Source: Planctomycetota bacterium (GTDB taxonomy: Bacteria > Planctomycetota > GCA-002687715 > DRQF01). Taken from it: a stretch of 21,242 bases of DNA. Shown one piece after another: positions 15,373 to 21,242 of this stretch. A program made the position numbers and the translations under genes. Below the pieces are notes generated by a model. That model did not search any database and was not told the origin of the DNA. It was given only the letters and a program-made list of their open reading frames with translations. The stretch spans positions 1 through 21,242 of the forward strand of contig JALTLO010000141.1 in NCBI GenBank assembly GCA_027001995.1. The letters run 5' to 3'. Every line of letters begins with the position of its first letter. The first letter of the stretch is position 1.

Positions 15373-16988
15373 GAATCCAACTCGGAAACCAAAGAGCAAA
15401 GGGCATCCTGCATTTTGCGGGCCCGATTGACAGATACGTTGTTGCAGAGAATGGAGAACGCTATGAGGTGTCCATCTGACAGACGCACAAAGCCACTGAG
15501 GGAACTGATCCCACTCATGGTTCCTGTCTTGGCAAAGACCCGCCCTTTCAGCTTCTTCATCCGACGACGCAAAGTTCCATTCCCCTCTGGCTGAGCCAGG
15601 AGTTCACGAAACTCTGCGCATCTCTGGGGATCCTGAGCCACGTGATCCAAGACGCGGACCATTTGCCATGGGCTCAAACGGTTCTCCCGGGACAAACCAC
15701 TGCCATCAGCCACGATAGTATTGGGACTCAACAAGTCTTTCTCACCCAACCAATCGGTCACAGCTCGGGTACCGGCGGCAAAGCTGCCTTCTTGATGAAC
15801 TTGACGACCCAGAGTACGGAGGACCAGTTCGGCATAGAGATTCATGCTATTCTGAATCATCGGAGCCAAAGTTCGCCTCAACTTGGACGTGTAGACCATC
15901 AAGTCTTTCATCCCGGCCACATCAAGGTCTGCAACCACATGGCCAACGCCGCCTTCGACAACCACTCCACGGTCTTCTAAAGCCAACTTCAAGGCGTGAA
16001 CGAAGAAACGGGGGCCATCATGGACATTCACCGCAGTTTCATAACCCCTTCCTTTGCTCCACAAACGTCCACTGACAACAAACTTATTGTTGTCCTTGCC
16101 CCGTCTTACGCCGATTTTGTGGCCATTTTTCTTGCTCGTAAGAGAAAGGGCATTCTTCACTTCAACGAATCCCAAATCTGGGTTCGCTCCGACTTTCGTT
16201 TCACCACCAACGTTCGCCGCCATCAATGTTGTTTGGTTGTCGTTGTAGACCAAAGGTTGCACTTCGACCATATAGGTGCGCCAGGCCGCATCTTTCGGCC
16301 AATTGGGGCCAATTTTCGGCCCAGTAAAAGCCCGGGCATCCGCCAGAATACGCCCCTCGATTCTCGTTAACCCTTGCTCGGCCAAGGCCGCGGCCAAGAC
16401 CTCCATGGGGCGTTTAGGATCGTCCCGAAAAAATCGCGCGCTGAGTGTGGGATCACCGCAACCAACAACAATGAGATTGCCGGACAAAACGCCATTCTCG
16501 AATGATCCATCCATGGCGAAACGGGTTCGAAACTGAAAATCGAGCCCCAAGGCATCCTGAGCCACAGCCCCAAGCAACAGCTTCATATTGGACGCCGGCA
16601 CCTGAGCCTCAGTACCGTGAAAATCAAAAAGGATGTCATCATGATCGACATCCAAGATCATGGCAGCAACATCAGCCTTTGCCCCCACTTGACGGATGGC
16701 TTTTAGACATTTTCGCCGAAGTTCCTTGATTCGTTTCGCGGTAATTCGGGGAGGAAGAGATGGGATGACTTCCTTGGGGGTGTCCACCCCTCGGTTCTGA
16801 TCATGGTCCTTTGAGACCATGCTATTCTCGGCCTCAACAGTCTTCTCGCTGTCAGTGCAGCTGAAGATCGCGCCCAAGAAAATCGTCAAAACAAGGGTCA
16901 AGAGAACCCGCACCCACAAGACGGACCCCAAGAATCTTGGGGTCCTATGATTCAACTCAAGCTCTCTTATCCGCCTATCGATCGTCAT
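15369..16988 (-). CDS. dacB: D-alanyl-D-alanine carboxypeptidase/endopeptidase (PBP4, peptidase S13), membrane-anchored or lipoprotein
   Basis: SxxK (PASNMK), SxN (SMN), DGSGLSREN and KTGT motifs, plus GCGDPTL. A hydrophobic N-terminal stretch ends in IFSC. The start is uncertain: ATG 16988 chosen, with TTG 16955 or the track start 17051 possible. Confidence 0.88.
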   Translation of the reverse strand: MTIDRRIRELELNHRTPRFLGSVLWVRVLLTLVLTIFLGAIFSCTDSEKTVEAENSMVSKDHDQNRGVDTPKEVIPSLPPRITAKRIKELRRKCLKAIRQVGAKADVAAMILDVDHDDILFDFHGTEAQVPASNMKLLLGAVAQDALGLDFQFRTRFAMDGSFENGVLSGNLIVVGCGDPTLSARFFRDDPKRPMEVLAAALAEQGLTRIEGRILADARAFTGPKIGPNWPKDAAWRTYMVEVQPLVYNDNQTTLMAANVGGETKVGANPDLGFVEVKNALSLTSKKNGHKIGVRRGKDNNKFVVSGRLWSKGRGYETAVNVHDGPRFFVHALKLALEDRGVVVEGGVGHVVADLDVAGMKDLMVYTSKLRRTLAPMIQNSMNLYAELVLRTLGRQVHQEGSFAAGTRAVTDWLGEKDLLSPNTIVADGSGLSRENRLSPWQMVRVLDHVAQDPQRCAEFRELLAQPEGNGTLRRRMKKLKGRVFAKTGTMSGISSLSGFVRLSDGHLIAFSILCNNVSVNRARKMQDALCSLVSELDS

Positions 16989-17976
16989 AGCCCTTCGGAT
17001 GTGAAGATGACCAGTCCCAAGCTGTCTTAACGATGGTTTCCAGATCACCATATTTGGGTTTCCAGCCTAAGACTTTTTCTGCCCTTTTGTAGTCGGCAAT
17101 AAGAATGGCCGGATCCCCCGCTCGGCGTCCAACCGCTTCGCTCTTGATGGCTTTGCCAGTGACTTTGGCAACGGTGTCGATCACTTGCTTGACGGAATAA
17201 CCTGTGCCATTGCCCAGATTGAACGCTGCGCTCTCGCCGCCGTTCTCCAGATACTCCAGCCCTTTGATGTGAGCATCCGCCAAATCCAAAATGTGGATGT
17301 AGTCTCGAACGCAAGTGCCATCCACCGTGTCGTAGTCGTCCCCAAACATTTTGATGTCGTCCCGTTGTCCCAAGGCAACTTTCAAGACCAAAGGAATCAG
17401 GTGAGTTTCTGGTTCGTGGTCTTCACCAATCACCCCACCTTCCGCGGCACCCGCTGCATTGAAGTAGCGTAAAATAACGTGCTCCATGCCGTAGGCCTCT
17501 TTGTAGTCCTTCAGAATGTGCTCGATCATGAGCTTCGTACGGCCATAGGGGTTAATCGGATCTTGAGGATGAGTTTCGTCGATGGTATCGCGGACTGGAT
17601 TGCCGAAAGTGGCTGCGGTCGATGAGAAAATAAAGCGTTTCACATTCGCCCGACGCATGGAGCGCAGAAGAGAAAGAGTCGACGCCACGTTGTTGAAGTA
17701 GTACTTCTCTGGGTCTTCGCAAGATTCGCCGACGTAACAATGGGCAGCGAAGTGAAAGACCGCACGAATGCTGTGCTCGGCAAAGAGTTTATCGAGTTTA
17801 GCCTCGTCATTCAGGCTGCCTTCAATGAAAGGTGTTTCCCCGCAAGCAGCTCGATGCCCTTCGGAGAGATTATCATAGCAAAGGGTCTTAAAACCACGCT
17901 GCCGAAGCTCCCACAAGCAATGACTGCCAATGTAGCCAGCACCACCAACAACAAGAATCGTGTCACCTTGACTCAT
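16975..17976 (-). CDS. galE: UDP-glucose 4-epimerase
   Basis: Rossmann motif GGAGYIGSH, plus FSSTAA, YGRTK (YxxxK), LRYFNAAGA, DGTCVRDYIH and RRAGDP. Confidence 0.95.
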   Translation of the reverse strand: MSQGDTILVVGGAGYIGSHCLWELRQRGFKTLCYDNLSEGHRAACGETPFIEGSLNDEAKLDKLFAEHSIRAVFHFAAHCYVGESCEDPEKYYFNNVASTLSLLRSMRRANVKRFIFSSTAATFGNPVRDTIDETHPQDPINPYGRTKLMIEHILKDYKEAYGMEHVILRYFNAAGAAEGGVIGEDHEPETHLIPLVLKVALGQRDDIKMFGDDYDTVDGTCVRDYIHILDLADAHIKGLEYLENGGESAAFNLGNGTGYSVKQVIDTVAKVTGKAIKSEAVGRRAGDPAILIADYKRAEKVLGWKPKYGDLETIVKTAWDWSSSHPKGYDDR

Positions 17977-18041
17977 GATTTTTCTCTGTCTCTTTTATCA
18001 ATCATGACAATCGTACGTCGATCACCATGGGTGCAATGGGA

Positions 18042-19601
18042 TTATAGTTTGAAGTCTTTGGGTTCGTACTTGCGATACAAGTCTCGGTTACGCCTATACC
18101 AGGCCATCCACTTCTTGCGAATTCTCACCATGTCCACAATCTCTAGGTCGTTGGGCAAGACCCGTTCAATCCATGCGAGAGTTGCGGCATTCAAACTCTC
18201 GTGGATTCGCCGGAAGACATAAAGATCAGGTTCTGTTTTCATCGCCATGATCAAAGCTGGTGTCACCATTTTTCCTGGATAATCTTGGAGAATGTGATTC
18301 GCCATGCCCCGCACCCGCGGATCTTTTTCATGCTCGATGCTGCCAAATAGCATGGTCACATTGAGTACTCGCTCATCGCCAAATCGGCGGTTCATTTGCT
18401 CAAGAGCAATACACTTAATGGCGCAGTCCCGATCTTTCAGAGCACGGGCGAACGCCTTGCGCACAATTTTCCTGCGACTGTCATTGGCTGGCAAAGGAGG
18501 AGCGCTTGCCAATACCTTGATAGCTTCCCGGCGCTTCTCAACATGAGGTGAGTTAGCCAAGTTCTTGATGTGATCGTCAAGGGTAAGCCGTCGTTTCTTC
18601 GGGTCTTCCCGTGGCGGCAGTTTTCGCAATTGCTCGATGGCATCCTGATATGGCGTGATTTGAGCCGCAGTCAGATCTCCGACGCCATCCTCCAACAAGC
18701 GCTCCAACACCTTTATGGCATCAGCGTTACGACCTTGGCTTCTGCGGATATCAAACAACTGCTCATAGAATCGCCGCTCTCCGGGCTTGATGACCAGAAG
18801 AGCTTCGTAATCTCTGGCGGCATCATCGAGACGGCCCAAGCGTTTCGAACACCAGGCTCGGGCTATGAGAACTCGGCTATCATTGGCATTGACCTTCAGA
18901 ACTTGGGTCAAGACATCAATGGCATCGGCGAACTTCCCCTGATTCCTCAGAGCCTCGGCGATCAAAAGACGAGTCTGGCGCAAGACCGCTGGGTCTTGAG
19001 CCACTTCAGGGCGATTCAAGATGGCCCGCAAATATCCCAGGCCATCTGAATAGCGCTCCAAACGAAAGTAGCACTGAGCCAAACCAAAGGTGGCTTTCAC
19101 ATGGCCAGGCCACAATTGAAGTACCCGTTTGAATTTTTCGATGGCTTCAGCCCAATTGCCTTTGTTGGAGTGATAAACCCCCAGCCCATCCCATGCCCAA
19201 GGCAAGTAGCGATCCAGGACAAGAGCTTCTTTGAACTCCCGATAGGCTTCGTCCAAGACCCGCGTTTGCCCCAAGATTCGACCGTAGAGGTAATGGTCAA
19301 TGGCTGTTCCTCGGGTCTGTGCCCGGGACGCAAAAAGCGTGACAGCTTTTTCAATTTCTGACTTCGTGCCAGCCAGGGCCTTTTCTTGCAGAGCGATCCC
19401 CTCTTGAACCAAGCCCTGAAGATGTTTCCGGCGGCCGACGGAGGCAGCGTATTCCGGATCTCTCATGAGCTGGTTTTGTCCGCCTTTGCTTTCAACGAAC
19501 TTCTGGAATTCCTTGATCATGGCGTCATCGGCGTCTTGGGCCGAAAGAAAGCTCGCGCTCATGAGAATCATCGAAATCGTCAATGCGATGGGCCTGGTCA
19601 T
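18042..19601 (-). CDS. Exported TPR-repeat protein with C-terminal HEAT-like repeats
   Basis: Likely start ATG 19601 (AAGGA upstream; signal MTRPIARTISMILMSASFLSA-like segment MTRPIALTISMILMSASFLSA-Q). TPR patterns include AWDGLGVYHSNKGNWAEAIEKFKRVLQLWP and AEALRNQGKFADAIDVLTQVLKVNAND. The C-terminus has HEAT-like EKRREAIKVLA and DPRVRGMANHIL. The track start is 19688. Confidence 0.8.
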   Translation of the reverse strand: MTRPIALTISMILMSASFLSAQDADDAMIKEFQKFVESKGGQNQLMRDPEYAASVGRRKHLQGLVQEGIALQEKALAGTKSEIEKAVTLFASRAQTRGTAIDHYLYGRILGQTRVLDEAYREFKEALVLDRYLPWAWDGLGVYHSNKGNWAEAIEKFKRVLQLWPGHVKATFGLAQCYFRLERYSDGLGYLRAILNRPEVAQDPAVLRQTRLLIAEALRNQGKFADAIDVLTQVLKVNANDSRVLIARAWCSKRLGRLDDAARDYEALLVIKPGERRFYEQLFDIRRSQGRNADAIKVLERLLEDGVGDLTAAQITPYQDAIEQLRKLPPREDPKKRRLTLDDHIKNLANSPHVEKRREAIKVLASAPPLPANDSRRKIVRKAFARALKDRDCAIKCIALEQMNRRFGDERVLNVTMLFGSIEHEKDPRVRGMANHILQDYPGKMVTPALIMAMKTEPDLYVFRRIHESLNAATLAWIERVLPNDLEIVDMVRIRKKWMAWYRRNRDLYRKYEPKDFKL

Positions 19602-19941
19602 TGTTCTAAGTCCTTGAAACATTAAAACTAGGGACATTCGACCCAATTTTACCAAAGGTGGGCGACGCGGCGAAGGGTTCGAATGCATCTAGCTCAAGAC
19701 GAGTCTGAACCGCCCCAGGCTCTCCCAGGATGCCAGGGCCTCCGTCCCAGCTACCTTGTTGATAAAACTGTGGATTAAAAGAGTTAAAGGGCACATCCAA
19801 GTTGTGATGAGGGAGTTATGACGAATTCCCGTAGTCCTCGAGGGCATTTACTTAAAGCACCCCTCTCCTTCTTCCGATAGAGACAGAAGAGAATGCTATG
19901 GGCATTTCATCTTTTGAGCTTAGATTTAGGACTTCGAAACC

Positions 19942-20301
19942 ATGGTGGACAAGATTCCACAAGATCGACGGGTGGCCGAGCGCTTGGACTCTGGCCATTT
20001 GGTCATTCATACAGACGTCGGTGAAGAAGATCTCAATCGCACTTTGGGTTTGGGGGTCACATTGGATCTCAACGAATTCGGAATCAAAGTGCAGGCTTCT
20101 GAAGCAATCCCCTTAGGCGAACGCTTCCGATTCAGCTTGGCGGTGGGCAACGAGGTCATTGAAGCGACTGGTAAGGTTGTCCACATTGGCAGAGCCCTCA
20201 ATGGGACCTTCGAAATGGGTATCGAATTCGTCGAGATCTATGCCCGGCACATCGAGGCCATTAGACGGCACATCGAAAACCAAAACCGAAGCCCCATGTA
20301 G
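19942..20301 (+). CDS. Stand-alone PilZ-domain protein (putative c-di-GMP receptor)
   Basis: RxxxR motif (DRRVAER), a second motif DLNEFG, and a beta-barrel pattern (IEATGKVVH...MGIEF). AGGA lies upstream of the ATG. Confidence 0.8.
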   Translation: MVDKIPQDRRVAERLDSGHLVIHTDVGEEDLNRTLGLGVTLDLNEFGIKVQASEAIPLGERFRFSLAVGNEVIEATGKVVHIGRALNGTFEMGIEFVEIYARHIEAIRRHIENQNRSPM

Positions 20302-20351
20302 AGCCTCCTTCAGCCATTTTGAGTCTCCGATTGGAACTAGGCTCTCCCCAA

Positions 20352-20380
20352 TTGCCTCAGCCCTCATTTGCGTGTAGATT
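20352..20380 (+). promoter_or_regulatory. Possible sigma70-type promoter for purC
   Basis: TTGCCT-17 nt-TAGATT, about 65 nt upstream of the purC ATG. Pattern match only. Confidence 0.35.
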
Positions 20381-20444
20381 CACCTAACTTTAGTGAATCC
20401 GAAACCTGGGTTAATCCCCATCACACTCAATTGAGAGAGCTGCA

Positions 20445-21242
20445 ATGGCCCTTCCAACTGTCCAACAAACAGACCTTCCGGATCTCAAGCTGAAAGCTCG
20501 CGGTAAAGTGCGCGACATTTATGATACCGGTGAGCACTTGCTTATCGTCGCCACGGACCGCATTTCTGCGTTCGATCACATCCTGCAAACCCCTATCCCC
20601 TACAAGGGAGCGGTTTTGACTCAGATCTCCCTCTTCTGGTTTGATCTCCTCAAAGATGTGACCCCGAATCATCTGGTCACTGGCGATGTCGATGAAATGC
20701 CCGATCACATCAAGAAGTACAAAGACGTGCTCCGAGGTCGTAGCATGCTCTGCCACAAAGCTGCAGCATTCGATGCCGAGTGCATTGTGCGGGGCTACTT
20801 GGTGGGTTCCGGTTGGAAAGACTATCAACGGACTGGCAAAGTCTGTGGCATTGATCTTCCCGCTGGCATGAACAAAGGCGACAAAATCGAACCGGCGATC
20901 TTCACGCCTTCGACCAAAGCTGAAGTCGGCGCTCACGATGAAAACATCGACCTGGACGCCTACACTCAAGTCGTGGGAGAAAAATGGGCAGCCCCGATGA
21001 AAGAACGGACTTTGGCCGCATTCACCAAATGCTCAGACTACGCCGCATCTAAGGGCATCACCATCTGCGATACGAAACTCGAATGGGGCTTGGTCAACGG
21101 TGAGCTCACCCTCATCGACGAGGCTTTCACGCCGGACTCATCTCGATTCTGGAAGACCGCGGAGAAAGAGGCAACCGCCCCGGGGGAAGATCCCCCAAGT
21201 TTCGACAAACAGGTTGTACGGGACTGGTTGGAAGCAAGCGAT
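20445..21242 (+). CDS. purC: SAICAR synthetase (phosphoribosylaminoimidazole-succinocarboxamide synthase), 3'-truncated by the window edge
   Basis: Manual translation (absent from the ORF track): MALPTVQQTDLPDLKLKARGKVRDIY...VATDRISAFD...ECIVRGYLVGSGWKDY...IFTPSTKAEVGAHDENI...DTKLEWG...LIDEAFTPDSSRFW...SFDKQVVRDWL. Confidence 0.96.
   Translation, partial: MALPTVQQTDLPDLKLKARGKVRDIYDTGEHLLIVATDRISAFDHILQTPIPYKGAVLTQISLFWFDLLKDVTPNHLVTGDVDEMPDHIKKYKDVLRGRSMLCHKAAAFDAECIVRGYLVGSGWKDYQRTGKVCGIDLPAGMNKGDKIEPAIFTPSTKAEVGAHDENIDLDAYTQVVGEKWAAPMKERTLAAFTKCSDYAASKGITICDTKLEWGLVNGELTLIDEAFTPDSSRFWKTAEKEATAPGEDPPSFDKQVVRDWLEASD

Noticed and set aside
19606..19800. 64-aa minus-strand ORF in the divergent TPR/PilZ gap
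   Set aside because: TTG start with no SD and no motif. The region more likely holds divergent promoters.
20302..20444. Purine-related riboswitch (ZTP, PRPP or guanine) upstream of purC
   Set aside because: The leader is short and I saw none of the characteristic conserved motifs or an expression-platform terminator.
20427..20969. 180-aa minus-strand ORF
   Set aside because: Antisense shadow of purC.

Overview
Bacterial chromosomal segment using standard code 11: several genes end in TGA, three of them inside ATGA/GTGA stop-start overlaps. The double-length UvrA and exported HEAT/TPR proteins hint at a Planctomycetota/PVC-type organism, which is inference only. Most genes lie on the minus strand. 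In transcription order they are an exported TPR+HEAT protein, then a chain galE-dacB-rarA-suhB-arsC-like, then a ~440 bp non-coding gap containing a ~160 nt imperfect hairpin. Next comes an overlapping triplet of double-length UvrA, XPB/Rad25 helicase and a Helicase_C_3 (p52-like) partner, followed by an exported HEAT-repeat protein. The last minus-strand gene is missed by the ORF track: it runs signal peptide, in-frame UGA, SECIS-like hairpin, thioredoxin-like domain, and continues off the left edge. On the plus strand at the right are a stand-alone PilZ protein and a truncated purC. The most interesting items are (1) the candidate exported selenoprotein with Sec at the mature N-terminus, (2) the UvrA-XPB-partner operon, a possible hybrid excision-repair module, and (3) the unexplained long hairpin upstream of uvrA. 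No CRISPR array, tRNA, rRNA or transposase was recognised.
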